Shown: positions 41,151 to 55,150 of the stretch, piece after piece | Layout: every line of letters begins with the position of its first letter | Numbering within the stretch: the stretch's first letter is position 1 | Origin: Epiperipatus broadwayi | Taxonomy: Eukaryota > Animalia > Onychophora | DNA: 64,000 nucleotides | Reading direction: 5' to 3' | NCBI GenBank assembly: GCA_028023455.1 | Contig: JAQFVV010000001.1 | Location: 4,588,001 to 4,652,000, forward strand | Position numbers and translations under genes: made by a program | The notes under the pieces: generated by a model | What the model was told of the DNA's origin: nothing | Seen by the model: only the letters and a program-made list of their open reading frames with translations | The model's database searches: none

Positions 41151-43431
41151 TATACCAGTTTATCCAAACCCTGTTGAGATGAGCATGCACATATACTGAA
41201 CATGAAAAAAAATATGCTGACATGCCAGGATAAGGAGCAATTTTAAACCCTTTTACAATTGTACTCATACAGTCATAAGGATGTTTATTAAAGTATTGAC
41301 TCTTACATACCTTTGAAGGATTCATTTTAGATACAATCCCTCATGCCACTCCCAGAAAGAGAAAAAAAAATCTGAAAGGATATGAAAGGTCAATAATTAT
41401 GTGAAATAGAGAAAAAGAAAAAAAAAATCTAATAAAAATAAATATCCTAATGACAAAAGATTTAAATCCCGATAAATTGATATCCCATATGCTAGCTCAG
41501 CATTCTCTTTATCCCAGTTAAAGAAACATGGATCAAAAGACTCGTTTAATTACCTAATTATTGTGTTGTTAGAGAAAGCAGATGAAAAAAATATCAAAGC
41601 AGTAAGACAACTCTAAAAATCATTCCCTTCACCACTTACAATCAAAGATAAATACAATAATAATAATAATAATAACTCCCAATGCAGAAGACATACTATT
41701 GTATAATAGTCATTTTGATAAAAGAAATAATAAAAAAAGAAATCAAAATAAATGAGAGTGGTCTGAAAACATAACCTCGCACACAAATACATTACACAAA
41801 CAATAAATAATACATTAAATGGGATTTATATTTTTATGTAAAGAAATATGTAGGTGAAAGATATATATTACACAATAATAATATTAACTTAATAAAAATA
41901 GAGTGTACACTATAAAGTCTTTAAGCTTCTTACTTCTCTGGGCTCTGAGTAGGCCATCTGTTCATCCAAGGTAGCGAAGACTATTTGAACATAGCACTAT
42001 TTAGCAGTCTTCATCATTTGGTGGTGAGATTTGGGAGACTACATTTTTGATGGCAGGAGCCAAGCTGGGCGGGCATGCTGAATAGAGTTCCTATTCCATG
42101 ACCATTTCACGGACAAAAATATAAATGTGCTGCATCATCAAGCTTAATTTCATTTATTCTCTAGTGGTTAGTGATCATCTACATTTACTGTGAGCTGGCT
42201 ATAGCATCATTAACTTTCTGCCACATGGTTTCTTCTACTCTGGTCACCACACTAATAGAATTTTTTTGATTTGTGAACTCCCAGGTATGAAACAATTAAA
42301 CAGCTCTATTAAGGATTCGCTTTTACTTTTCTATTATAATGAACTCTCCAATAAGAACAGTTTGGCACAGCACTAGTAATAATTTTCTAGTCCGAAATCA
42401 TCTTGATCTTCACCAGCGTTATGCAAATATATATATAAAACTTACTGAATTGCTGACTGTTTGTCTCTCCCTCCCTCCCTCTCCCCCTCCCTCCCTCCCT
42501 CTCCCCTCCCCCTCTCCCTCTCTCTCTTTGTAAGTTCCAGTTTCCACTCTGCAAGTTCAAGTCTCAAGCACCTGGTGAATAGCTTATATAGCCCACTCAT
42601 TACAATCCCAATCCAGGTACCCCTCTAAGAAACATTTAATTAGTTAATTTCAAATTTTTTTCTTAATTGATTCAGACAATGCATGAAACATTCCTACGAA
42701 CTCGCCTAATTAATCTGAAGAATTCTTATTTTTAATTAAATTTCTGTATCCACTCAGACCACTATCTGATTCAACACAAAAAGAAAAAATTTTAATGTAT
42801 GACATTTTCTTATCATCCAATTATATCAAATTGAAGTTAAAAATACATTTTGTTAATTAAACTAGATATTTCTCTCCACCTGCATTAGCATAAGCTTCAA
42901 TAAATTTTTTTTTGTCTAGCTGTTAGGGTTTAAAAGAAAACAAAATTGCTTATTTACCAAAAAAAACACCTTTAGGCTTTTCTTAAATTTAGCAGAACAA
43001 TCACTTCCCCCCTGCTTAATGCATTTGTAGAGAAAAATAAGCAATAAAACTTTGATTTCAAAATTACTCACATGTTGGAACATTTAATCATTTCCATTTT
43101 TTTTTCTTTTTACAATCCCATTAAGTAAGCACTTTTAAAATAAAAATTACAAATAAACATCCTTGAATTTCTTTTAAAAAAAATGAAATAATAAATTAGC
43201 ATTATCTAATATTCCTACACATTGAATTCTAAGCCTTAACTATTGGCTTTATTCTTGTGTGTGGGAGTATGTGATATATCCACACAGACCCCTCTCACTT
43301 ATTTTATAACATTAATTTTTAAGTTATGTAGATACTATACACACACCCTTTAATGGCTTCATTACATATTTCAAGTCATTAGCTTCTTTAATACCATCTT
43401 GTGGTTGGTCATACGATGTGTAGCCAGCACA
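41151..43431 (-). repeat. 5' LTR (2281 bp)
   Basis: Direct repeat of 34727-36845 with many substitutions and indels, including a ~50-bp insertion near 41270 and a CT-rich expansion at ~42468-42528. Confidence 0.75.
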
Positions 43432-44583
43432 ATATACACATTTTTAAAAAATTATAAATCTGTATTACCATATTTATTAAAGCATCTTCTTGGAATGTCA
43501 TATTCCCAGAGGAGTACTATGTTGAAAAGAGATTTTATAAAACAAAAAAATTAAATTATAGTATTTGAGTATTTCTAATAACATTTAAAACAAAAAATGC
43601 TCTGTAATTAACAATTTTATTATTAATAAATTTTTTCTGCTGGTAATGAATGCAATATATATAAACAATAAATTAATAAAGTCAATTTACTTTTCTGTTA
43701 ATGAATAATAATAAAAATCTCTTTATGTTTGTCTGTTGAATGAGAAATTGCTAAAAATAGCTAAAATGAGTTTGATGCATTTCCTCTTTTTTCTTATCAC
43801 TAACCTGAATTAATTATTCAACTCTGAATGGTATGTCATATTTAGAATGTTTTCACAGTTTCTATAATATAGGAGTGGAATTGCTAGGTAATTATCAATT
43901 ACTGGTAGTTCTAATCTAAATTATCTGCTATAGTTGTCAATAATAACTTTTTTGTCTCTTGAGTTTACTTAGAAACAAAAAGAAATAGCTCCTTTATTTC
44001 TAGTTAGAATTATTATATGAATTTAAACTCATATATTTTTATAAGCATGAAAACATTGAAGAATCACATTTTCGTGTAAATGATTCATCTTCCACAGAGA
44101 ACTGTATATGTTAGATTAGATATTTTTATGGATTATTTATGATATAAACAAAGTAATGGATAGAAGTATAAATTAATATATATCTGTATTTAAAAAGAAA
44201 ATTAATGATAAAACAATTCAATAAATATGTGTAAATTAATAAGCTTAATTGGCGTGACTGATGGGTATTTTTTTTATCTTAGTCCAATAGCTGTTAATTC
44301 ATGAACAATGCTTTATCTATTTACATCTAATTATCACAGAATAAACTGACTCATTAAAGAATTGCAAGTTTTTCAAAATCCTCTTTTAAAAAAGAAGAAA
44401 AGTTGATTCATAACCGAATAAACTTTTTGAAGTCTTATCTTTTAAAGAACAATTGTTAAGTGAAGGAAGAAAATAAAATATTGAATAAAGGTATTGTATT
44501 TTAACCTTCTCTCATGAAAATGCCATGCTGTTTTTTTATGCATTTATTGAAGATAAAATTTTCATATTATAACATTAAATCAA

Positions 44584-44670
44584 GCGTTGTTAGCCGAGAG
44601 GTCAGCGCACCTGCCTTGCAAGCAAGTAGTTGATTGCAGACAGGTGTGGGTTCGCGTCCTGGCCAATGCT
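44584..44670 (+). pseudogene. tRNA-derived sequence (Ala-TGC-like pseudogene or SINE head)
   Basis: Acceptor GCGTTG/CAATGC pairs; anticodon arm CCTGC-CTTGCAA-GCAAG; degenerate B box GGTTCGCGTCC; overlong variable region; A-rich sequence downstream. Confidence 0.6.
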
Positions 44671-47398
44671 ATGACATATGGAAAAACAAACCTAAGAAGA
44701 AAGGAAGAGCATTAAATAAAAATTAAAAAATAATTTAGGCATTTTTAAAGTTAATTATTTTAAATATCTTCATAAATTGTGTAATTAGATACTTAAGTTT
44801 TAAAATTACAATATTTTTAATATTCTAAACATATTCTACACCAAAAACAATTAAAATGAGCAGTAAATATAAGTACCAGTTATTCTTAATATATATATAT
44901 TTTTAGAAAAAATATAGATGCACTAATCCAACATAATCTATGATCTAATCTTTCTTATTCATGTTTAGGGAGCTTTTCTCTATTAACAAAATAAATGTTG
45001 ATTACTATTAATTTATTTATTTTAATGTCATTTTTAAAGATGGAAATGAATATATGTATTGTACATATGGAAATTTTGAATGTAGTATATATATTATGTA
45101 AATAAAAATATATATTGTATATATAATTATTTGGCCAATTTCTTTTACAAATAAATATTTGAAAATGTGATGAAAATGATGTTTTAACTCAAAAACTTTG
45201 ACCTTTTTTTAGAAAGTTCAGAAAATTCTCTACAACAAATAATGCATGCATAGTATTGCATAATATGCACTTTTTCTTCTAGTCTCACAAAGATATCTAA
45301 TTCTAATATTTACTATATTATGATGAAACAAACTGCAAAGAAAAAGGTCATTAAACAAGAAAATGAAGAAAAAATAATCCATACCTTAAATTGTTTTTAT
45401 TATTACGCAATAAAACTGCACTCTCAACATCTGCTATTTCATTTCTATGATTCCCCCCATTCATGAATTTACAAAAATGTTGATTGAATGTGTATAGTGA
45501 AACCATGATATATGTATAAATATACATTATTTCAGTTATATGTTATCTAAGTAAAATAAAAAACATTAAAATTTGCAATTTTAATAAATTTTACAATATG
45601 GTAGCAGCCATTTTTCTATTATCCCAGAGTGAAAATTTTCAAATATTACTATTTAAACATCTTATTCCATTGTGATAACTGGTTATTTGGATTATATTGA
45701 AAGCACATTTTATTTTTCACATTTTTCCTTTCAATAGTTTGATATGATACAGTATTTTGTGCAAGAAAATGTCTAAGCATAAAACTAGAAGTTTTGCAAA
45801 TTTTAAAATTTAGTAAAAGTATCATTTTTACATGTAAAAAAACTAAGTTACCAATTTAGTAGAAGTAGAAAAAAAGCAACTGATTAAATGTTCTAATGTA
45901 TCAACTTAAAATTTATGATAAGGGATAGTAGATTTGTAATGGTAATTAAAAATAGCAATGATATATTCCAAAGTTGATATTGAGTTAAAAACATCAAAAC
46001 AACTGAAGAGGCCATGTCTGCCAATAATAATTCTGTTATTACATTTCTATAGGAGAAAAAAGTTATTGAAGAAAGATATCTTGAGTGTTTAATTGCAATG
46101 AAATTGGAATATTCTGATACCTGACAGCTTGAGAAGGTCAAAATCTGACCACTATTTTATTTAAAGTATATATATATATACATTAAGTTTTTCGCATTTG
46201 TTGAGCAAATGTGAATGAGGGAACAAAATATATATGTAAATGTGCTCTTTCAGTTTATTATCAATAATTATATTTTATTATCATTATTAAATATTGTTTA
46301 TTAAAATAAATTCATTCATTTAAACAAATATAAATGTCTGTCTTCTACTAAGCACTGGTTATGCTTTTATATAGAAGAAAATTTTATAACATATTTAAAT
46401 GAAGTTTTAACATAACATAAAATATGTTAATTATAATAAATTACATTTCAATAATATATTAATTATATAATAATTCCCCCCCCCCCTTAATTTATTTTTT
46501 TATTTATCTATAATGTTGCAAGTTTCCTAATTCACTAAATAAATTATTAAATAATTTAGAACATAATGATTTCTTGCTTTAGTTTCATATTTATTACAAT
46601 ATTTTGAAACTACGTATCTGTTTTTCTTAAACACATTTCAAATTGTTTTATATAAAGTTTTTTGAAAATACAATCAATTTTTTTTTTCTTCTCTAAATTA
46701 TATAATCAAGAAGTTGATTGAATAATAAAATATTTTTTGTATCCATTTTTTTCTTTTTTGATATAATTTTCATCTATTAGATCAATTTTTTTTTTTTTTG
46801 CAGTAATGCTATCCCATATCAATAAAGATTCTCCTAAAGTTTTATTATATAACAAAAATATTTAAAGGAAAAATATATTTGATTTTGTAGAACATTGTTA
46901 TAAAATATCTAAATTTATTAATTAGTATGTTTATATGATGTTTGTAAGACATTTTTTCATCTATCATCATTCCAATATATCTAATATATTTTACTTGCTC
47001 TATTTTTATACACTTATTAGCATATAAATTCCTCTCTCAAAGCACCAAAAGACAATTTATAATCTTAATTTATACACAGCACACAAACAATATGTATTTT
47101 AATCAAGGTTTATCAATAAAATGTGAGCTATTATACATGATATATAATGTTCACAAACAGTGCTTGGAATAAAATATGGTGAATATTGCAGTTCCATTAT
47201 ATATATATATATTTCTTGTATGTGACAGCCATTTTTGTGCAATATTCTTTACATTTCTCACTTAGTGTGTATATTCATTCAATCTTTGTTATACTATATT
47301 TTTGCTTTGTAGTCTTTTAAAAATTAAAAATTTCATTTGAAATTGCTTCAAAGTATAAAGCTAGTAATCATAGCAAATTCAAAGCCGGGTTAAAACTA

Positions 47399-47640
47399 AA
47401 ATACAGGCTTATATTAATAAATGTAATATATAGGGGATATGAGCACAGACTTTCACACAACCCACCACTCTATCTCATATCACTGATATACTTGAACACA
47501 TATACGTCGAAAAGATAAATAATCACCAATATACGTATTTAATGTTAAACCAGCAATCATCAGTTGGTCCAGATTATCATCTCTACACATACATGCAATA
47601 AGTGCTCAGATATATATTAAGATAGCTAATCTTCATACTT
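47399..47640 (-). mobile_element. Hammerhead-containing dispersed repeat (family 2), copy 1
   Basis: Colinear similarity to ~60858-61120 and, inverted, to ~61500-61695. Confidence 0.8.
47519..47577 (-). ncRNA. Type I hammerhead ribozyme, likely inactive copy
   Basis: Minus strand ATAATC-TGG-ACCAA-CTGATGA-TTGCTGGTTTAACAT-TAAA-TACGTA-T-A-TTGGT-GATTAT. Stems I and III are intact; the core GAAA is mutated to TAAA. Confidence 0.7.
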
Positions 47641-49552
47641 TAATAAAAATTATTTAATTTTTTTAAAAAATGTATTCTGATGTCACTAATTTCAAAAATA
47701 TTGAATCATTCATTCATAAAAATAATGAAAAGAGAAAAATAAATTAGATAAGCTTTTAATAAAATATTGAAGAAAAAAAAGCACTATATATATATATTTT
47801 TCATGTACTATATTTTTTGAGAGAGTCTAAATATTTACACACTAATTTTTACACAAGTAAATAAATACATTATGCATTTTTAATTTTTTATTCTTCTGTC
47901 TTTTTATAACTTCATTTTATTTTTAAGATAAATAATGTAAATATGTGCAAATATATCTTTAAACAAGCCTTGTTGCATATGTATGTGTTGAAAAGTTACT
48001 GTTCATGTACAGAACAATGCAATGTACAATAAAAGTATGAGCTACTACCTGCTGATATGCCATTTTATAGGGATCTTGGAACAATGTATAGCAGATATAG
48101 TGGCTCCACTATATAAAAATGGGTATAGATTTTTATTAAATCGTTTTATATTAATACAGCAAATTTTTAAATTTTCCTGAAAATATTTATATACATATTA
48201 CAATGGTATAAACAATATAATGTGACTTGATACGGCCGCATGAACAGATGATCATAAAATTTCATATATATTGATTAAAATATTAGAGAACTAATATTAT
48301 AAGTTCATATTTATCTTCAGCATGCTGGATATATCTCCCATTTGTAATGAATTGTGCATATATCAGGTTCCTTATCCTAATTAATTCAGTAATAATCAAA
48401 AGAGACAATAAGGTATTTAGATTATGGAAGTGATTTAATTATGAAAATTAAGATATTAATATTAAGACTAGCTAATAATCATAAAGTAGTATATGTCTCT
48501 TAAATGAAGATTTTATGTGAGTGACTGGATGTGGTGTGGCTGTTTCCAATTCTAATGAAGAAAGCCAATACTAATTAAAATCTAAAAGAACTGATTTAGT
48601 AAAATAATATACACAAATTAATGAACTGTACAAGAAGGTAAAAACAAGATTATTTACTTCATATTAAAATATTAATATATTGTAAATCATAACTTTTAAG
48701 CTCTATCATAAAATGAAAAGCTCTTTCGTTCATATGCATTTTTAGGATTGTTAAAATCACGAACAATCCATAAGTATAAATTACCTACCAGTTAAATCTC
48801 TAGAAGCCTATAATTAATAAAGAAAAACTGACTTCTATTATTCAAATACTATGCACACATCATTTGAAATCTTCATAACATATTATATCATACATGTACA
48901 TGACATAATTTTACATTACAATTAATCTATTATTTGTACCATTTATCTTTAAAACAGAAGTCATCAAACTTTTTTCTTTGAAGTTCCTGATAACAAATTT
49001 GTAAAGTCTTCGTAAGGTAATTTAATCACTAGAGTTACTACGATCAAACTACTTGAATGGGGAGGGGTAAATTGTAGAATATTGTATGAAAACTTATTTT
49101 TTTGAATGCTTCTATGAAATTTCAAAATAATTGAGATCTTTATGCTTAACTTTAAGATAGCAAAGACCATTATTGCAAATCACTATTTAGTAATCACTTA
49201 TTGCAAGATTATGTGGAAATATTTGTTATTTTTATGATGTTTTTAAAATATAATTTTGAAAAGAAATTAATATTTCATAAATCACATTCTTAATTTTTAT
49301 AATCGTCTTAATGATATGAAATTAACAGCCAACATTTCTGCTTCAAGTAGGAAGATTTGAAACCATCCATCACTTTCCATTTAAAAAAATTTGCTTTCAA
49401 GTTTTCCAAACCTCAAAATATTCAATAAATAATAATGCCTTTTTTTTTTTTTTTCTTTTGTTGAAATTTCCTATTTTTTTTTTTTAGTTATAACGTCCAC
49501 ATAATTAAACCATGCATGGGTCTAGGTAATATATAAAAAAAAAAAAATATTT

Positions 49553-49990
49553 GATAACGCAAAGATAGATTATTACAAAATACTTAACATCAAAGAATGC
49601 ATCCGTGGAAGAGATATTCCTACAATCAGGCTACCAGTTTTCATCACCTATGCCATATGGGTTGTTAGGTACAAGGCACAATACCAACTTACCAAGCCGG
49701 ATGAGAATGCACTATTTAATCAAAGCATGAAAAAGATTAAAAAGAGAGACAAAACTCTTGCAACAACATTCATTTTTCAAGAGACATGGAAGCAATTTCA
49801 GACCTGTCAATAGAGTTAACAATGAACTTAGCCTAAATATCTAACCCTGTTTTAACTCAATAATGTTAATCCCATAACTTATCTATTATTGTACGTTTCA
49901 TTATACATATTTATAATGTTCCATCCATATTTATACTCATCTCATAATTAATATAACATAGTTATTAATTGGTTTAATAAATGTTTTTGA
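49553..49990 (+). mobile_element. 5'-truncated LINE 3' end (L1/Tx1-like ORF2 C-terminus plus 3' UTR)
   Basis: Stop-free, ATG-less frame 49553-49813 (DNAKIDYYKILNIK..FITYAIWVVRYKAQY..ETWKQFQTCQ*). AIWxxR recalls L1/Tx1 ORF2 tails; AATAAA near 49976. The clade call is tentative. Confidence 0.45.
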
Positions 49991-52889
49991 GAATAACGTC
50001 GTATTCTTTGTGTGTGTGTGTGTGTGTGAAAAAGAGAGATAAAAAGAAAAATAATGACTTAAATGTTGATAATTTCTGATTTTAAAAATCACTTCCGTTT
50101 AAGGTAAAATATGTTTTTTTAATAAATTAACAAAAATAATATTTAATTATTTTATCGTATTACCTTCTATAATAAATGGTTTTAATAAGTTTATTTTTCT
50201 AGGTATTTATAATCAATTTTAAAGTATATATTGTATTAATTTGACATTTCTGCTTATTGCATAATTTTTTCAAGAAATAAATTTTAGAAAAATAAATATA
50301 TAATTTGCACCTGAAAATAAAAATGCACTAACTTATAGTTTTTTTACATGTATTATAATTTTAAGACAAATTTTATCTTAATTGCAATTATATTTATCCA
50401 AAAATCTTGTATCATAATTTTTTTATATTAACTTTTTTTTCTACTTTAAGATTAATAATTTAATATTATGCTTCTTAATTTCCTTTCTTTTTAAGTTTCC
50501 TCCATCAAAGGCATGAATTGGCTTAGAGAGAAAGGTTTTTTTTTTTTTTTTGTAATTAAACATTTTTGATTTTTTTTTTTTTTTATGTTATCTTGTGAAT
50601 TACTGGCTACTTAAATGAAATACATGTGTTTACATTCATACATATTTGTTTATTGATACTTATTATTAAACTACATTACTCACTCATTTGCATAAACTTA
50701 TGTAATGTGAAAAGAAAAATGTAAGAAATAAATAAAACATTTTTATTTATCATTAAATGTAAAAATAAAATGCAATAATGAAGTACAATATAGAAATTTA
50801 TATTTCGTACATTCATTTTGTATTAATGGGTTTTTTAATACGTACATATTTAAATACAATATGGACTGTATTTTTGAATTTATTAAATGGGAGACAGCAT
50901 TCATAAACAATTCATATAAAACAAAGAAGATATTGTACAGATTTAAGAATATCTTTGACATACTGTTATGCCACACCAGCATAGTGTTTGTCATTGCAAC
51001 TTCCTATTACTGTGTGAACTATTCAAAAACCGCTACTGCTAATCCTTATATATGTCAGAATATATCAAGCATCTCATTCCAGAAACAATTATGTTTTATT
51101 CAATGGATCTGCTATAATAAATAAACATTTGATTTGGTCATTTTTTGTAAAAAAAAAAAAAAAGTTTTTTTAAAAATAATAAATATAAAATTGTTATAAA
51201 AAAAAATATTAAGGAAAAGCAATGCTTGGCTTGCTTCCTCACAGACTCATATCTTTAAAACACTCATACACTGCTGAAAATTAAAATTTTTAGATCATGT
51301 ATGTAATGATTTTAATACATATGGTGCAATGGATTTTTAGTCACCATTACTAATTACTTCCACAAAATAATCTGAAAATTTTTATTGGAGGAATGTTTAA
51401 TTGGCACTGTAGTATAATAAGGCTGAGGTATTTGCTTATACACTATTAACAATAATACATGTATGCAATGTTTTTATAATAATATTTTGGTGGAAAGATT
51501 GAATACTTTTTAAAATTAAATTATGATATAGATTAAATAGGCACAAATCCTGTAAGTTTTATTTTAAAAAAATGACAACTTCCTTCTTTCATATCCAGTT
51601 TTTTTTTTTTTTTTAAAAAAAAGACATTTTGTTTTGATCCTTTTATAATTTTTCCATTGGTAATTTTACCTTTAAATTTAAAAATATAGCAAAATGATTT
51701 GGGGGGGGGGGGAAAATAAATACTGTCTTTCGTTAGGCTTCCAAATAACTGATAATGACAGTTTGACAATAATTCTTAGAACTTTTTTTCTAAAAAATAA
51801 TTGTTATACAATTAAAAATAGCTGTTTTAGTTTTTGGTAGTTTTTTGTCACATTTGATATTAACAATTTGTCTTGGAATATAATCTCGAAGATAAGAAAG
51901 TAATTTCATATAGATATTTTTATTCATGTTATGAATGATTTCTTTTGATGACTAACTTCTTTTTAGGGTAAATCCTTATGATTAATTTCAGTACAATGTT
52001 TTATTTTCAGTATTTGGTGATGTCTATAATTTGTTTAGTTTGGATAATCTTTATAGCTCTTTAAATAAAAAGGTTGACTCTGAGATCGAGAAGTAGCACA
52101 AATTCCAATAGGTTGCTGTTGCTTTGAACATATTAAACAAGATATTTTACCACAGTGAAATAACTACTGCAAGTAAATTAACTATATAAAGAGATGTTAT
52201 CTTTTTTAAATTTTTTGTCTGAAAGACTTTTAATGGAGTAATATAAAAGCATTAAAAAATTTTATTTAAGAATAATTCATGAAATTGCAAAAATGTGATA
52301 AGATTATAATACCAATCAACATATTCTTTAACTTCTAGAAAGTAATACAATAGAAATACTATTGCAAAGTCACATCTTTTTTTTGAATATACATATGAAA
52401 TGAATGAACTATGCAAGACTTCCTAAAACAGTATTTTATAGTGAACCCTAGCATGCTTTTCATTTTCATACAACAATTGGACCCCATTTTCATTATGAAG
52501 ATTATTTCAAAAATATTCTTAAGAAATGCAATATTGATTTTCATTAGAAAAATATAGTTAAGGATACAATACAATAGAGAACCACAATTAGGCAAGATTT
52601 GGATGTATTTCAGAAAGTTTTCTGGACAAATTAAAGATAGCATCATAAAACATTAAATGTATGAAATATTTGATCAGTGAATTCTATATGTACACATTTA
52701 TGTTTTATAGATTGGTTTGTGTAGTCATTTCTGATACATTATTATTAAATAATTATATTTCACTTTTAAAGAATATTTACATTATTGGTTTTATTATACT
52801 AAATAATATTTTTTTATTACTATTATATCGACTTCCTATTTTATTTTAAACTTCTTGCTCAAGATTTTTCTTGCATGAAATTTTATTAT

Positions 52890-53388
52890 TTGTATTTATA
52901 TATTGGACTAATATTAAGTGTTGAATGTCTTTATAAAAATTTAGCATATATTTAAATTTCAATTACATTCAAGTGGTAGTAACAGCACCCAGGTTAGTAT
53001 ATGCACAGCATTTTGATAGATATGATACTCTCTTCTTCAGTTGTTGCTGGCCTGACCAGTAACAGCACTAGCATGGGAATCAAATCTAGACTCTTAAATT
53101 TTTGAATATTATTTTAAAGTAACCCTCTAACCAAGCCATCCTACCAGGTTTTATTCCCATGCTAGTACTGTCACTTATTAGTTTCAGTAACACCTGAAAA
53201 TGAGAAGAAAATAATATCTCTCAAAATGCTGTGCATATACTAACGTGTGCTATTACTACCTGTTGAATGTAATTGGAATATTTAAATAAAGTTAAATTAT
53301 CTAAAGACATTTAATACTTAATATTAGATGGAAATAATCCCAAATATAAATACATCTAAAATACCATCATCACAAACCTTTAGGAAAA
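52890..53388. mobile_element. Head-to-head pair of noncoding tRNA-head plus hammerhead-like units (family 1)
   Basis: Minus copy ~52890-53145 and plus copy ~53147-53388 both match the PLE 3' region at 11424-11739 and 12981-13232. No GIY-YIG coding DNA is attached. Confidence 0.8.
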
Positions 53389-54289
53389 TTTATATTATGT
53401 ATTGTTTATTCATTTACTGAATAAATAAATAAGTAAATAAAATTATTTTTTGACTTTCTTTCTTTTTTGGAATTAGAATGGCTATTTGTAAATAATTGCT
53501 GTTAATGGTAAATAATGTTTAATATTTGAGACATAAATGTAGCATTTTTTAAAGTTTATAATTTATTATTTATATAATAACTACAAACATTAATATAAAA
53601 AGTCATTATTATATTTTGAATCACACATTTTTTCATATCGTGAAATGCTTTCATTTTATATAATTTTTAAAATTAGGAAACATGTTCTTGAAGCCAAAAA
53701 AAAAACATTTTAATATACTAATCTATCATGTGGAATTTGTTAATGATTACATGATGAATATTACAGTCTGTACTCTTTTATACAATAAAAGCAATAAAAA
53801 TTTAATAACTCAGTTTTTTTTTATTGTGCAGTATTCTATTTTTAAAAACTATTGCAAGCTGATTTAGAGACAAATTTCTCTGCTAACAGTTTTTTTTCTT
53901 TCAATATTTATTCAATAATAAGTCAAATACTTTTTTTGTACAAATTAATTTAGAAATCTTTTCCTCTAACTCAATCTTTATTTATAGTTGATTTTTGTCA
54001 AGCTGATTTAGAGATAGGTTTTTCAACTATCCAACTTTTTCTCAATGTAAAAAAAACAAAACAAAAAAACTCTAAAATACTAAAAAAAAAATTACATTTC
54101 TATCAATTAAACATATTCACTCCCAAATATTTACCTAAATGTGTTTTTGCTTTGATTTTATTTTGTGTGTGTATACATATTAATTTATATACAGTGCAAT
54201 GTTATTTTTTTAAATACATCTAGTCAAAATTAAAAAAGAAATATTATAGTACTGGTATTGTATGTGCTCTATGTGGGAATTATATAATA

Positions 54290-55150
54290 AAAATGGACTG
54301 CACTTAGCAAAACAAGGAAGTGAAGTTTTAGGGAGTTTGATTTTTAAAGAATATTATAATTCTGGAAACTTATAAAGGGGATGGGATTTTAAATTGCAGT
54401 ATTATCAAAAAGAAAAAGAATGGATGTAAGAAATAAACAAAGAATGGCTGATTTGGATACAAATGTAGATGTGGAGAGGGAATGGGTCTGTAAAATGTAA
54501 GCAAGTTAATTACAAATATAATGGGGGGGAAAAGGTTAAAATAATTTATAAAAGAATAGTTAGGAAAGAAGAAATTGTTAAAATTGAATATTTGAATAAA
54601 AGTGGTTGGAATTTAACAAAGTTAAAAATGAACTTGAAGTACTAGCAGTAGTGGAAGCAGAAGATGAACCTATACTGAAAGACTTGTAAATAGAAAAGAA
54701 AAGAAAAAATAGGAGTGGAAAGTAGTTTAAGGCTCGAACAGAATCTTTAACAATAAGGAAATATACACAAATGTAAAATTATGGGTAATTTGGTCTGCAA
54801 GTTATGTAAGGAAAGCATAGAAAATATTAGGCATCTGTTTATTGAATGTAAATGCTTGCAGGCAGAAAAGATACAAATAAAATTGTGGGAGAATAAATAT
54901 AAAATGATTATACAGAAAGTAAGGTTCTTGGTTTTTTTGCTGGGTTTGGAAAAAGATATGGGTAATCTAAATATAAAGACCATAGAGTTGACAAACATTA
55001 TGTTGTGGAAATGATATGGAGCAGGATAAAGAATAATATAGAAAAAATGGGGAATAGAAAAGGAAGATAATATGACTAACAGGTTTCTCTGGGCATAGTG
55101 GCTGAGAGATTCCTGACTCCAAAAAAATAGAAGTCACAGTGCATCACATA
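54290..55150 (+). mobile_element. 3' fragment of a LINE with a C-terminal CCHC motif (same family as 62235-64000)
   Basis: ORF 54781-55014 CKLCKESIENIRHLFIEC is nearly the same as ORF 62495-62767; both share the 3' sequence GGTTTCTCTGGGCATAGT..GATTCCTGACTCCA. Confidence 0.85.

Larger units (their letters stand above)
34727..43431 (-). mobile_element. Degraded Gypsy (Ty3) LTR retrotransposon, ~8.7 kb, both LTRs present
   Basis: Two ~2.1-2.3 kb direct repeats flank minus-strand pol remnants in PR-RT-RH-IN order. A PPT abuts one repeat; TG start and CA end; ATAT on both flanks (34723-26, 43432-35) as a possible TSD. Confidence 0.8.

Noticed and set aside
50861-51124. Possible exon or small gene (87-aa ORF with an internal AG)
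   Set aside because: No recognisable homology, weak splice signals and no partner exons found.
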